A DNA stretch of 64,000 nucleotides from Acidithiobacillus sp. (GCA_041676785.1 JBAYRF010000004.1:69584-133583), one strand, 5' to 3'. Numbered from the stretch's first letter, positions 1 through 10,221 are shown. Numbers and translations: made by a program. Notes: a model not told the origin generated them from the letters alone.

Positions 1-505
1 TGACTTGTTGCAGCAAGTCAGGAGCCCGATGGACCAATACGGGCAAGGACTGGCTGGGTAAAATGGTATGGTGACCGTGAATGGATGCGCTGCTTTTTTG
101 TCCGACTTCGGTCAGGAGTTCCAGATAGTCTTGTAACAGTTCAGGGCTGGAGAGACTTTTAGAGAGTTGAGGAAGCGCCTGAAAAAAAGCGCCTAGGATG
201 TTGCCATTGACGGTACGTTGAATTTTTTTGACCCAGTCGATAACCATTTCTAGGCTTTCCGTGCCCACCTGTTGGGCAACCTCCGGCCAGCCTTCCAAAA
301 ATGCGAGAACCGGTTCGGAACCGCGTCCGAGCTTGCAAAGTAGTCGCGCGGCTTCCATGTAAGCGGCGAGTTCGTCATCCTTCCACCGCGCTCGTGCGAC
401 AGCGAGACAATCGCTAAATATCGTCTGCACGGGGGCAAAGGCACAATCCAGGCGTCCTCGCCAGATCGTCTCTTCGGTTTCTGCTGCGGGTGCGTCAGAC
501 GGCAT
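1..505 (-). CDS. cbbO: CbbO RubisCO activase adaptor (VWA family), 5' part; runs off the left edge
   Basis: Own translation from ATG at 505 (1 nt after the cbbQ stop): MPSDAPAAETEETIWRGRLDCAFAPVQTIFSDCL...LCKLGRGSEPVLAFLEGWPE...SIHGHHT, open to the window edge; matches the CbbO N-terminus and the cbbM-Q-O order. Confidence 0.85.
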   Translation of the reverse strand, partial: MPSDAPAAETEETIWRGRLDCAFAPVQTIFSDCLAVARARWKDDELAAYMEAARLLCKLGRGSEPVLAFLEGWPEVAQQVGTESLEMVIDWVKKIQRTVNGNILGAFFQALPQLSKSLSSPELLQDYLELLTEVGQKSSASIHGHHTILPSQSLPVLVHRAPDLLQQV

Positions 506-506
506 G

Positions 507-1319
507 TCAGATGAAGAGGGCATCTATGGCATGCTCCAGCGTACTCCGGATGTCCTCGTCGTCGGTAATGGGATCGACTAGGGCCATACGACAAGCCCGT
601 GTGGCTGGTACACCATCGGCGATGAGTTGGGCGGCGTACACTAATAGTCGGGTAGAGATGCCTTCATCCAGCCCGTGACCTTTCAAGCGTCTTGCGCACT
701 CGGCCAATTCCACCAGTCGCGGCGCTATCTCTGGCGAAATGCCTGTTTCACGAATCAACACCTCGCTTTCGATATCTGCCGTGGGATAATCAAAACGGAA
801 AGCCGTAAAACGCTGTTTGGTGGATTGCTTCAGGTCTTTGATCAAGGATTGGTAACCGGGGTTGTAGGAAATTACCAATTGAAAATCGATATGTGCATGA
901 ACTAGTTCCCCTTTTTTATCCAGAGGAAGTTGGCGTCGATGATCGGTGAGCGGGTGGATGACCACCGTACTATCCTGCCTAGCCTCCACGATTTCATCGA
1001 GGTAGCAAATGGCACCATGACGGGCGGCCACGGTCAGTGGGCCATCCAGCCAGCGCGTCCCATCGGCATCAAGCAACCAGCGCCCGACCAAGTCCGCAGC
1101 GGTCATATCCTCGTTGCAAGCAACGGTGATTAGTGGTTTACCCAGTTTCCACGCCATGTACTCCACAAAACGGGACTTGCCACAGCCCGTGGGCCCTTTG
1201 ACCATGACGGGGAGCCGCTTTTCATAGGCGGCGGTGAACAATGCAATTTCATCGTGTTGAGGTTGATAGTAAGGCTCCCGATCAACGCGATAATCCTGCA
1301 AAGGATCGTGATTTTTCAT
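507..1319 (-). CDS. cbbQ: CbbQ AAA+ ATPase (RubisCO activase, CbbQ/NirQ/NorQ family)
   Basis: Walker A GPTGCGKS, Walker [27 protein letters not shown]; start set at MKNHD (1319). Confidence 0.95.
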   Translation of the reverse strand: MKNHDPLQDYRVDREPYYQPQHDEIALFTAAYEKRLPVMVKGPTGCGKSRFVEYMAWKLGKPLITVACNEDMTAADLVGRWLLDADGTRWLDGPLTVAARHGAICYLDEIVEARQDSTVVIHPLTDHRRQLPLDKKGELVHAHIDFQLVISYNPGYQSLIKDLKQSTKQRFTAFRFDYPTADIESEVLIRETGISPEIAPRLVELAECARRLKGHGLDEGISTRLLVYAAQLIADGVPATRACRMALVDPITDDEDIRSTLEHAIDALFI

Positions 1320-1362
1320 GAGTGATGTCCTTTCTCGTTGTTCGCTCGAAAGCATTTTTCAG

Positions 1363-1436
1363 CAACAACTCAATCCGGAAACCCGCTTGTGTGGGTTACC
1401 CGGATTGTTGTCGCCCTGCACGTCAAGCGCAGGGGC
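1363..1436 (-). repeat. Two consecutive stem-loops in the cbbM-cbbQ intergenic region
   Basis: AATCCGG..CCGGATT enclosing AACCC..GGGTT (1363-1410), and CCCTGC..GCAGGG (1414-1435). Confidence 0.6.
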
Positions 1437-1446
1437 GCATGCTCAA

Positions 1447-2826
1447 TTAGCGATGCGCGCCAATCTTGTCACGCCAGCCCGGATAGAGGCTGTCGGCGTC
1501 ATGGGGAAAGGACTCAAAGGCCCGACCGAATTCTTTGTGCTCCTTGGCCCACTGAATCGGATCGGCTTTGGCTTTCCAGCATTCATAAGCTTGCCGCAAG
1601 GAAATGGCTCCGGCCGCCGGGGAATCAATGTGGCCATAAGCGCCGCCGCCTGCAGTATTGACCACGTTACCGTGACCCAGATTCTCAAAGAAGCCTGGCA
1701 AACGTAATGCGTTCATACCGCCGGAGATAATGGGTGTGGTGGGTTTCATGCCATACCATTTCTGGTAGTACACGGGTCCTTGGCACTCATCGCGCTCGAT
1801 CATATACGCGATGTTACGGTCATCATGCTCGCCTTCCATTTTGCCGTAGCCCATGGTCCCGACATGAATACCGGAGGCACCCTGCAAACGGGCGATTTTT
1901 GCGAGGACAAAGGCGGTATAACCACGCTTCGCTGAGGGCGAGGTGATCATGCCGTGACCAGCGCGATGATAGTGCAGGTATTGGGCAGGATACTGCCGCC
2001 GAGCGGTAGTAATCATGCCTGGGCCACCGACAAAACCGTCGACTAGGAAGGCTACTTTGTCGGCGTCAGGACCGAAAGTTTCGAGGATGAAGTCCGCTCT
2101 GGCGCACATTTCATGGTGATCGTCGGCCGTAATATTGGCCGAGAATAACTTGGCTTGCCCTGTTTTATCTTGGGCGCGCTTCATCGCGTCGGCTACGAGA
2201 GGAATGGTTTTTTTCAGGGGTGAGAATACCTGATTACCTTGTGGTTCATCATTCTTGATGAAATCGCCACCCAACCAAAACTGGTAAGCGGCCTCGGCAA
2301 AGGGTTCCGGACGCAAACCCAGCTTGGGCTTGATGATAGTTCCGGCAACATAACCGCCATCTTTGAGGGGGCGACCCAAAATACGCCAGAGATCGGAAAT
2401 ATCCTTACTCGGGCCATCGAAGAGTTGGATGGCGCGTTCTGGCACAAAAATATCAATGATTTTAGCGTGCTCAATGTCACCCATCCCTTGGTTATTACCA
2501 ATTGCCAGGGTCAGAAAGGACACGATCATCATACGACCATCAGTGATATTCCGGTCGAAGAGCTCCAGCGGATAGGCGATGCGCATGTCTTCGCTGGCTT
2601 CGTCAATGTGGTACACGAGCGCATCTACGCCTTTGGTAAAATCGTCGGTGGTTGAGACTTCGACATTGGTACCTGTAGAGGACTCGGCGGCAAAGTGTGC
2701 TGCGGAGGCGAGGTAACCATAACCGGTTTTGGGCTTCATTTTGTAGGCCACAAGAATGTGCTTGCCGCCGGAAATCAGGTCTTCTTCACGAAGGGAGAGG
2801 TCTGCATAACGAGAGGATTGGTCCAT
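1447..2826 (-). CDS. cbbM: Form II RubisCO
   Basis: [12 protein letters not shown] start, [24 protein letters not shown] catalytic motif, HYHRAGHG, 459 aa. Confidence 0.98.
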   Translation of the reverse strand: MDQSSRYADLSLREEDLISGGKHILVAYKMKPKTGYGYLASAAHFAAESSTGTNVEVSTTDDFTKGVDALVYHIDEASEDMRIAYPLELFDRNITDGRMMIVSFLTLAIGNNQGMGDIEHAKIIDIFVPERAIQLFDGPSKDISDLWRILGRPLKDGGYVAGTIIKPKLGLRPEPFAEAAYQFWLGGDFIKNDEPQGNQVFSPLKKTIPLVADAMKRAQDKTGQAKLFSANITADDHHEMCARADFILETFGPDADKVAFLVDGFVGGPGMITTARRQYPAQYLHYHRAGHGMITSPSAKRGYTAFVLAKIARLQGASGIHVGTMGYGKMEGEHDDRNIAYMIERDECQGPVYYQKWYGMKPTTPIISGGMNALRLPGFFENLGHGNVVNTAGGGAYGHIDSPAAGAISLRQAYECWKAKADPIQWAKEHKEFGRAFESFPHDADSLYPGWRDKIGAHR

Positions 2827-2889
2827 GACAGTTTCCTTGACTGGTGTTGGGAAGCTGGTACTGTACAGGGCACAAATGATTAACAAAAA

Positions 2890-2935
2890 CGATTAAATAT
2901 TATAGATATAATAGATAAATATCATGATATGAAAA
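2890..2935. promoter_or_regulatory. AT-rich divergent cbbM/cbbR control region with LysR-type T-N11-A motif
   Basis: TATAGATATAATA (2901-2913) and tandem ATAGATA(T/A)A between divergent genes. Confidence 0.4.
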
Positions 2936-2979
2936 TCGGCTGAATTCCGTGAAATGGCCCCTTTCAATAAAGAGAAACC

Positions 2980-3906
2980 TTGATGAGAAATATAACGCTG
3001 CGTCAATTGGAAATTCTGCGCATGTTAGCCAGCACTAGCTCCTACACAAAAGCGGCAACTCAGCTCAACCTTTCACAATCGGCGGTGTATTTGCAGATCC
3101 GCAAGCTGGAAGAAGAAATCGGTTTGCCGGTCACCGAACAAATTGGCAAAAAAGTTTTTCTCACTTCTGCGGGTCAAGAAGTCTTGAATTCTGGGGATCG
3201 CATTGGTGTGGAGCTGGAAGGCTTGACGCGCGCATTAGAACACTTTCGGGCTGTGGATGAGGGGCTGGTGCGCATTGCCGTTACCTCGGCTGCCAATGCC
3301 TTTGCGGTAGAGTTGCTGGCGCGTTTCCTAAAGCAGCATCCGCAAGTCAACATTGTGTTAAACATTGCCAATCGCAAGGAAGTTTTGGCTAGCCTGGAGC
3401 GCAATGATATTGACATGGCGATCATGGGTGAGCCGCCACAAACCTTAGATCTGGTCGCGTTGCCTTTTCATCGCAACGATCTCATTGTGATCTCGTCGGC
3501 TAATCACCCCTTAGCCTGGCAACGAAATATTTCTCAGGAAGCACTGGTCCAAGAACACTTTGTATTAAGAGAACCCGGCTCAGGTACTCGAGAAACTGTT
3601 TTACGATATTTTGCCGAGCGGGATCTTACTGTGAGGGAGGGGGTGACTATGAACAGCAATGAAGCGATCAAACAGGCCGTGAAGGTGGGTATGGGGCTCG
3701 CGGTGGTTGCTCGTCATAGTGTGCTCGTAAAAATGGAGTCTGGTTATCTGCGCGAGCTTTCTGTGGTTGGGTTTCCCCTGCAAAGAGCGTGGCATTTGGT
3801 GCACCGCAAGGGAAAACAGCTTGCACCTGCGCCAATGGAGTTCAAGAAGTTTCTTATACAACATCAATATACGCAGACGACCGATGAACGGCAGCAGATT
3901 ATATGA
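2980..3906 (+). CDS. cbbR: LysR-family regulator CbbR
   Basis: N-terminal HTH TLRQLEIL...SYTKAATQLNLSQSAV, LysR substrate domain, divergent from cbbM. Confidence 0.9.
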   Translation: MMRNITLRQLEILRMLASTSSYTKAATQLNLSQSAVYLQIRKLEEEIGLPVTEQIGKKVFLTSAGQEVLNSGDRIGVELEGLTRALEHFRAVDEGLVRIAVTSAANAFAVELLARFLKQHPQVNIVLNIANRKEVLASLERNDIDMAIMGEPPQTLDLVALPFHRNDLIVISSANHPLAWQRNISQEALVQEHFVLREPGSGTRETVLRYFAERDLTVREGVTMNSNEAIKQAVKVGMGLAVVARHSVLVKMESGYLRELSVVGFPLQRAWHLVHRKGKQLAPAPMEFKKFLIQHQYTQTTDERQQII

Positions 3907-3972
3907 TGGCGAGTCCGTTGCGTCAGGCTCGTCAGTGCCTAATCACTCGAAGGACGCAGCGCACCAAAGTTT

Positions 3973-5361
3973 TTAAAACAAGCTGCGAGCCGCTTTGCTA
4001 ATACCTTCCGCACTCATCGGGTGCTGATCCGCGAAGCGCGCCAGATCGTAGGCACTGAGTCCTCCAACCAGCGCGGTGCCAATCTGGCCGATGAGATGAC
4101 CGGCATCAATGCCGACGACCCAGCCGCCAAGTAATTTCAGGCTGTCGGCTGCAAAAAATAGGCGGATACCGCCTTCCATACGTTCCAGAATTTGTGCCCG
4201 GGAATCTTCTGCAAAATCATAATATCCGGTCACCAGCGGAGTGCCCTGTGTCCCGGCCAGTGCCGGAGTCAAACCTATATAAGCTGCCGCTGGTAGGGTG
4301 AACAGCGTGGTGGGCACGCCTGAAAAATCGGCGTAATCCAGAGGCTGATGGCCACCAAGGAGGTTATGCGCGGCAACTAGGGACTGACGGACGGCGGCAT
4401 GAAAGAGGGGTACTCGCCCATTGACGTCGCCACAAGCGTAAATATGGGGATGGACCGTTTGCAGGCTGGGACCGACATCAATGCCTTTTCTGCTGACGGA
4501 TATGCCAATGTCCGTTGTCCCTTCTGGAATAACAGGCTTGCGCCCAACAGCCATAAGCACGACATTCGCTGTCAGGTTTTGGGCTTCGCCATTTTTGATG
4601 AACTGCACGCGCCTTTTCTGATCAGGCGTCGTTTCAATATGAGAAACATCGACGCCCGTCAGTATCGTGATTCGTGGGTCCAGCAGGGGTTGGAGTTGGT
4701 TTACCATTCCCGGGTCCATGCCATTCAGTAAGGCATCGCTTTTCTGGAGTAGGGTGACTCTGCTGCCAAAAGCGGCAAAAAAAGTGGCGGTCTCCAGACC
4801 AATGTAACCACCACCAATAACCACCATGTGCTCCGGAAGGCTTTTTAGGGCGGATTGGGGCTTATACAGATCATGGCTGGTGAGACAGAGGTCCGCACCG
4901 GGCAGAGGCGGTATAAATATCTCCGAGCCGCTGGCGATGATAATTTGGGCGCAGCGAAAATAGTGCTCACCATCGACATGGCTGACGACGACCTCGTGAG
5001 GTCCGAGAAATCGAGCGGTGCCTTGCATGAGGCGAATCCCCGAAGCGGCCTTCAGCTCGGCGGCGTGTTGGACATAGCGGCGTTCCTGCACAGCATCCTT
5101 GTGTGCCATGACCGCCGTGAAATCCAGATCAATGCGGCCAGCCAGTCCCCGTTCGGAGAAGCGTTGTTGTGATTGATATAATTCAGCGGTTTCACGAATC
5201 GCCTTGGAAGGCACGCAGCCTTCGTAGAGACAGTTTCCGCTCATGACCCCCTTGGGATCTACCATAACGACCGAACGACCCGCTCGTGCCAGACGAAAAG
5301 CCGCAGGATAAGCCCCGCCGCCAGCCCCGATAGTCAGTAAATCCACGGTTTCGTATTTCAC
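3973..5361 (-). CDS. Dihydrolipoamide dehydrogenase-like pyridine nucleotide-disulfide oxidoreductase
   Basis: IGAGGGAY FAD motif, redox CLYEGC (CxxxxC), GGGYIG, GDVNG, C-terminal HPMSAE. Confidence 0.85.
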   Translation of the reverse strand: MKYETVDLLTIGAGGGAYPAAFRLARAGRSVVMVDPKGVMSGNCLYEGCVPSKAIRETAELYQSQQRFSERGLAGRIDLDFTAVMAHKDAVQERRYVQHAAELKAASGIRLMQGTARFLGPHEVVVSHVDGEHYFRCAQIIIASGSEIFIPPLPGADLCLTSHDLYKPQSALKSLPEHMVVIGGGYIGLETATFFAAFGSRVTLLQKSDALLNGMDPGMVNQLQPLLDPRITILTGVDVSHIETTPDQKRRVQFIKNGEAQNLTANVVLMAVGRKPVIPEGTTDIGISVSRKGIDVGPSLQTVHPHIYACGDVNGRVPLFHAAVRQSLVAAHNLLGGHQPLDYADFSGVPTTLFTLPAAAYIGLTPALAGTQGTPLVTGYYDFAEDSRAQILERMEGGIRLFFAADSLKLLGGWVVGIDAGHLIGQIGTALVGGLSAYDLARFADQHPMSAEGISKAARSLF

Positions 5362-5451
5362 AGGCTATCTCCATACTAGAACATCTGAATAAATGATAGC
5401 ACGGCGACGCTCACTGAGGCGGTGTTTCTAAGTAATTTCTTGGGGCGGGGC

Positions 5452-5526
5452 AAAAACCAATTTTCTGAAGAGGTTCGTGAACGAGCAGTTCGGAGTGTCC
5501 AAAAGCACTGGGAAGAGTAAGCTTCC
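5452..5526 (+). mobile_element. IS3-family OrfA N-terminal remnant
   Basis: Translates KNQFSEEVRERAVRSVQKHWEE*AS, resembling the IS3 OrfA start (KFSPEVRERAVRMV...); in-frame stop, no continuation. Confidence 0.55.
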
Positions 5527-5557
5527 CCTAGAGAGGAAGCTGGGTTATAGCCGGTTG

Positions 5558-5776
5558 TCAGGGATGCGTTTTCTTGTTCCGCAAGGGACAGGTTCGTATC
5601 CCCAGTAGGGTGTAGGCCGGACACCAACCCACCAGTCCGGTGAGCAGAGGGGCGACGCCGATCCATCCCCAAGGCGTGTGTGGGCCTACAAAAACCAAAG
5701 CAATCAAAATGATGCCAACAAGGATACGCACTCCGCGATCCAAGTAGCCTTCGTTCAATAATGTGGGTTTATCCAT
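5558..5776 (-). CDS. DUF2892 / YgaP-like small membrane protein
   Basis: NEGYLDRGVRILVG...GWIGVAPLLTGLVGWCPAYTLLGIRTC pattern. Confidence 0.85.
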   Translation of the reverse strand: MDKPTLLNEGYLDRGVRILVGIILIALVFVGPHTPWGWIGVAPLLTGLVGWCPAYTLLGIRTCPLRNKKTHP

Positions 5777-5840
5777 GCTTGAAACGCCTCGTATATTCAT
5801 AATGTCGGTTCAGCCTATTGCAGACAGGCTGCGGATGTCT

Positions 5841-5853
5841 GTGACTTTGTCAC
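5841..5853. promoter_or_regulatory. Palindrome GTGAC-N3-GTCAC, candidate Crp/Fnr-family operator upstream of DUF2892
   Basis: Perfect 5-bp arms, 65 nt upstream of the DUF2892 start, adjacent to a Crp/Fnr gene. Confidence 0.4.
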
Positions 5854-5875
5854 TATCCACAATGCCGCAAGATGT

Positions 5876-6535
5876 CTACGCGGGACTGGCGAGTTTACGC
5901 AAGGCAGGGGTATCGAGGATCAGAATTTGTCCGGAACCACGTTGGAGCCACCCCCGCAATTCAAACTCCTTTAAGGTGCGGGTGATGACCTCTCGGGCTG
6001 AACCCAGTTCGGTAGCGAGCACTTGATGGGTGCAACGAATGGTCTGCTTATTCTCGCTCAACTCGAGTAGTTTTCTGGCTAAACGGACATCCAGACGGGT
6101 GAAAACCACCTCCTCGATCAGCGCAAACATATCGATGAGTCGCTCACCGAAGGCATTGAAGACGAACTGACGGAAAATGGGTGAAGTGTCCAGAAATTGA
6201 TGGAATATCTTTTGTGGCCAGATAATGGCCTCTACGGGGGATTCGGTGATGCCCATAGCCGGATAAGGACGACGTGTGAGCAGGCAAACCGTGGTGAGCA
6301 TGCAGGCTTCTCCGGGACCAATCCGATACAGTACAATTTCCCGGCCTTCTGGTGAAATTTGCTGAACTTTTATGTGCCCGCTCAAAACCAAAAGATATTG
6401 GTTGCACGGCGCCCCTGTATGGAATAGAGAGTGTCCCATATCCCATCGCGTTTTTTGTGTGTTCGCGAGCAGTTGTTTTTGGGCGGAATGCTCCAACGTT
6501 TCCAGAGCAGGGAAGTGATGCAACCATTCAATCAT
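5876..6535 (-). CDS. Crp/Fnr-family transcriptional regulator
   Basis: cNMP-like domain (LFHTG...VLSGHIKV...GREIVLYRIGPGE) and C-terminal HTH THQVLATELGSAREVITR. Confidence 0.9.
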   Translation of the reverse strand: MIEWLHHFPALETLEHSAQKQLLANTQKTRWDMGHSLFHTGAPCNQYLLVLSGHIKVQQISPEGREIVLYRIGPGEACMLTTVCLLTRRPYPAMGITESPVEAIIWPQKIFHQFLDTSPIFRQFVFNAFGERLIDMFALIEEVVFTRLDVRLARKLLELSENKQTIRCTHQVLATELGSAREVITRTLKEFELRGWLQRGSGQILILDTPALRKLASPA

Positions 6536-6592
6536 TGCGGGAACCTCCCCGGTATTCTCTGCGTCCAGCGCTGAATGTCCGCCGTATCGGCA

Positions 6593-7195
6593 TCAACCGA
6601 ATAGTTTGTGGGTGATCTCCGCAACATGATGCCCTTGGAACCGTGCAATAGCCAGCTCGTTAGCGCTGGGTTGACGGCTACCATCGCCTTTGGCGATAGT
6701 GGTCGCGCCATAGGGGGTGCCACCGGTAATTTCATCCATATTTAAGAGTCCTTGGCAACTGTAGGGAACCCCTACCACAATCATGCCCTGATGAAAAAGA
6801 AAGCTGTGAAAAGAGGTGATGGTCGTTTCTTGTCCGCCGTGTTGGGTGGCTGTGCTGGCGAAAACGCTGCCGACTTTACCCACCAGTTTGCCTTCTTGCC
6901 AGAGATTGCCGGTACGATCAAGAAAATTGCGCATCTGCCCACTCATGTTGCCGAAGCGGGTCGGTGTGCCAAAAATAATCGCATCATAATTCGCCAGATC
7001 ATCAGGATGCGCTTCCATGGCCGACTGGTCGGTTTTGGCGTGCATGGTGGCCAAGGTTGCTGATGGTATGCTTTCGGGCACCCGCTTGATGTCTGTGGTC
7101 ACTCCCGGGACTTGCTGAGTGCCTTCGGCAATAGCTTGAGCCATGGTTTCGATGTGGCCCCAGAGGCTGTGATAGAGAACCAGTATTTTGCTCAT
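6593..7195 (-). CDS. wrbA: NAD(P)H:quinone oxidoreductase WrbA
   Basis: [32 protein letters not shown] motifs. Confidence 0.95.
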   Translation of the reverse strand: MSKILVLYHSLWGHIETMAQAIAEGTQQVPGVTTDIKRVPESIPSATLATMHAKTDQSAMEAHPDDLANYDAIIFGTPTRFGNMSGQMRNFLDRTGNLWQEGKLVGKVGSVFASTATQHGGQETTITSFHSFLFHQGMIVVGVPYSCQGLLNMDEITGGTPYGATTIAKGDGSRQPSANELAIARFQGHHVAEITHKLFG

Positions 7196-7279
7196 AATGA
7201 ATTCCTCGCGTCCGTGAATATTGCCTACTTAGTAAAGACCATTTAGTATATTTTGTGAAGTAGGTACGGATTAGTAACC

Positions 7280-7675
7280 ATGACTCGACAAACTAAACAA
7301 CAAACCACATGTCCTATGGATGCCTTGCTCCGCTTGCTCATGGGGCCATGGACTACGCAGATCTTGTGGATACTGAGGCAGCGCGGCCCTCTGCGTTTTG
7401 GCGTACTTAAACGGGAGGTGAGCGGCATTTCTTCGCGCATGCTGACGGAGCGCCTACGCACTCTGGAAGCTGCTCAAATCGTCTTCCGGGAGTATTATCC
7501 TAGCGTCCCGCCAGAAGTTACCTACGGCCTGACTCAGCGTGGACTAGAGCTGCGAGAAGTGCTGGACGCGCTGGACGCGCTGGCGCGGAACTGGAGAGCA
7601 AAAGACGAAATTGGAAGGGAAAGTCTCTCTCTGGAGCACAATCGTTTGGATGCGCTTCATCCCGATTTGTCATGA
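7280..7675 (+). CDS. HxlR/DUF24-family winged-helix regulator
   Basis: N-terminal CP, W-T-x-x-I-L, GISSRMLTERLRTLE, VPPEVTYGLT; divergent from wrbA. Confidence 0.9.
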   Translation: MTRQTKQQTTCPMDALLRLLMGPWTTQILWILRQRGPLRFGVLKREVSGISSRMLTERLRTLEAAQIVFREYYPSVPPEVTYGLTQRGLELREVLDALDALARNWRAKDEIGRESLSLEHNRLDALHPDLS

Positions 7676-7811
7676 GGATATCGCGGCAAAGCGGTTGGCG
7701 TGTTAGGATTCATCGCATAGTGTGACAAAAATAGGCGTCGGATTTTGTTGTCGGTGCTTCTGGTGGAGACTGTGAATTGATGAAGCCACGTTTAATGCTG
7801 CAATTTCTTGT

Positions 7812-7844
7812 AAAAAAAGGGCAGACCATAAGAGTCTACCCTTT
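7812..7844 (-). terminator. Rho-independent terminator downstream of tRNA-Leu
   Basis: Minus strand AAAGGGTAGAC-loop-GTCTGCCCTTT followed by a T-run. Confidence 0.7.
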
Positions 7845-7849
7845 GCTTT

Positions 7850-7936
7850 TGGTACCGGGGACTGGATTCGAACCAGCACAAGCTTTCGCTCACTAGGACC
7901 TGAACCTAGCGCGTCTACCAATTCCGCCACCTCGGC
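7850..7936 (-). tRNA. tRNA-Leu(CAG)
   Basis: GCCGAGGTGGCGGAATTGGTAGACGCG...CTAGG-TTCAGGT-CCTAG anticodon arm, long variable arm, GTTCGAATC, CCA end. Confidence 0.97.
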
Positions 7937-7967
7937 GTGGACGGAATAATCATTTATCGAGGAGTAG

Positions 7968-10208
7968 TTGTCAATGCCTGAAAACCAGGAACCCGCATCG
8001 CTGAGTGAGCGCGATCCGATGTTTGAGCGAGAAAAAGAAAAATATGAACGTCCGATCGTCAGCCGAGAGTTTATCCTCCACTATCTTGAAGAAGCGGGGC
8101 AACCTCTTGCTTTAGGAGACCTAATCAACGATCTGGAAGTAGCCGAAGAAGATCAGGAAGCTTTGCGCCGACGTCTGCGTGCCATGGAGAGAGATGGTCA
8201 GTTGGTGCGTAATCGGCGCGGTGCCTACGGCATTGTCGAGGCTATGGAGTTGATTCGAGGGACGGTCAGCGCACACCCCGATGGCTTTGGGTTTTTGATT
8301 CCCGAAGGGGGCGGTAAGGACTTGTTTCTTTCGCCCAGAGAAATGCGGAAAGTGTTTCATGGAGATACCATTCTCGGCCGTGCGGTGGGAGAAGATCGGC
8401 GCGGAAGAATCGAAGGCACTGTGGTGCGGATTTTGGAACGGGCTCTGCGGCAAGTGGTCGGGCGCTATTTTGCCGACGGAGGTACCCATTATGTGGTACC
8501 CGAAGATCGTCGTATTCCTCATGAATTTGGGGTGTTGGAAGGGGGTGAGCTGGCGCCGGTGCATGGTCAGATTGTGACTCTGGAAATTACCCAATATCCC
8601 GACGGGCGGACGATGCCCCAGGGGGCAATTGTTGAAATATTGGGTGAGCATATGGCTCCGGGTATGGAAGTTGAAATTGCCCTGCGTAATTATGCCCTTC
8701 CCCATCAGTGGTCGCCTGAAGTGCTCGCAGAAATTGCTCATTTTTCGGAAATAGTCCCCGAAGCCATGAAAGAGGGGCGTCGCGATCTCCGGGATCTGCC
8801 CCTAGTGACTATTGACGGAGCGGATGCCAAGGATTTTGATGACGCCGTTTTTGCCGAAGAACTGGACGATGGTTTTCGGCTCATTGTGGCCATTGCGGAT
8901 GTTGCCAGCTATGTGCAGGCAGATTCTGCCCTAGATCGGGAGGCTGTCGCCAGAGGCAATTCGGTGTATTTCCCGCGCCGGGTCATCCCTATGTTGCCGG
9001 AGGTGCTGTCCAATGGACTCTGCTCTCTAAATCCCCATGTAGATCGCTTGTGTATGCTGTGTGAGATGGAAATGAACCGCGCTGGCGAAGTGCAGCGTTT
9101 TCGTTTTGCGCGAGGGGTCATGCGATCACAGCGTCGCTTCACCTATGACGAAGTGGCGGCCATACTGGATGGAGATGAAACCCTTCGTGCGCAGGATGCG
9201 GCCATGGTACCGCATTTGGAGGCCCTGCATCGACTGTACCAGAGCTTTGCCGGTGCCCGGGAACGGCGGGGAACCATTGAATTTGATTCCCAAGAAAGTC
9301 GGATTATCTATAATGATCAGTTGCGTATCGAGAAAATCGTAGCGGTCACTCGCAATGTGGCGCATCGCATTATTGAAGAGTGCATGCTCGCGGCGAATGT
9401 TTGTGCTGCCCAGTATTTTCGCATTCATGAACTGCCCATGCTGTATCGGGTTCATCCCGAGCCTTCCAGCGACAAGCTGGAGGATTTGCGACGCTTTCTA
9501 GGAGAAATGGGGGTGCCGGTACGGTTACCCACGCATCCTCGCAGCGCGGATCTCGCGAAAATTATCGAAGAAACCCGTGATCGCAGTGATACGAGTCTGA
9601 TCCAGACCGTCATTTTGCGGAGTTTATCACAGGCTTATTACACGACCGAAACTGGGATGCACTTTGGTTTGGCTTTCCCGGCATATACGCATTTCACCTC
9701 ACCCATCCGCCGTTATCCGGATCTGATCGTGCACCGAGGCATACAAGCGTTGCTGGATGCGGAGGGCGCGGAACCGCGCTGGTTACCCAAAAAAATGCTC
9801 CAAGAATTGGGTCAGCATTGTTCCATGACGGAGCGCCGCGCGGATGAAGCCAGCCGCGAAGCCGTCAACTGGCTCAAGTGCGAGTTTATGATGGATAAAA
9901 TCGGAGAAACCTATACCGGAATTATTACGGGTGTCACGGGTTTCGGTTTATTCGTGGCCCTCCGGGATATTTATGTGGAAGGGCTGATTCATATCAGTAC
10001 CTTAGGCGACGATTATTTCCATTTTGATGCCCAGCATTATCGAATTATCGGCGACCATAGCAAAGAAACCTTCCAGCTTGGAGAGGAAATCGAAATCCGG
10101 GTTATGAATGTGAATCTGGATGATCGCAAAATTGATTTTGAGCGCGCGCTCCCTGAGGGTCAAAGTGGTGACGGTAAAGCGCGTCGACGTCGGAGTAAAA
10201 AAGACTGA
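7968..10208 (+). CDS. rnr: Ribonuclease R
   Basis: HTH, cold-shock domains (AHPDGFGF), RNB motif VTIDGADAKDFDDA, HFTSPIRRYPD, S1 domain, basic tail. Confidence 0.97.
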   Translation: MSMPENQEPASLSERDPMFEREKEKYERPIVSREFILHYLEEAGQPLALGDLINDLEVAEEDQEALRRRLRAMERDGQLVRNRRGAYGIVEAMELIRGTVSAHPDGFGFLIPEGGGKDLFLSPREMRKVFHGDTILGRAVGEDRRGRIEGTVVRILERALRQVVGRYFADGGTHYVVPEDRRIPHEFGVLEGGELAPVHGQIVTLEITQYPDGRTMPQGAIVEILGEHMAPGMEVEIALRNYALPHQWSPEVLAEIAHFSEIVPEAMKEGRRDLRDLPLVTIDGADAKDFDDAVFAEELDDGFRLIVAIADVASYVQADSALDREAVARGNSVYFPRRVIPMLPEVLSNGLCSLNPHVDRLCMLCEMEMNRAGEVQRFRFARGVMRSQRRFTYDEVAAILDGDETLRAQDAAMVPHLEALHRLYQSFAGARERRGTIEFDSQESRIIYNDQLRIEKIVAVTRNVAHRIIEECMLAANVCAAQYFRIHELPMLYRVHPEPSSDKLEDLRRFLGEMGVPVRLPTHPRSADLAKIIEETRDRSDTSLIQTVILRSLSQAYYTTETGMHFGLAFPAYTHFTSPIRRYPDLIVHRGIQALLDAEGAEPRWLPKKMLQELGQHCSMTERRADEASREAVNWLKCEFMMDKIGETYTGIITGVTGFGLFVALRDIYVEGLIHISTLGDDYFHFDAQHYRIIGDHSKETFQLGEEIEIRVMNVNLDDRKIDFERALPEGQSGDGKARRRRSKKD

Positions 10209-10221
10209 AACGGCTTGAGCG

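Noticed and set aside
3973-5361. Mercuric reductase MerA
   Set aside because: No C-terminal Cys-Cys, no HMA domain and no mer genes; HPxxxE points to the lipoamide dehydrogenase type
7703-7930. ORFs overlapping tRNAs (7703-7930, 37406-37660, 51214-51408)
   Set aside because: Translations of tRNA sequence, not genes
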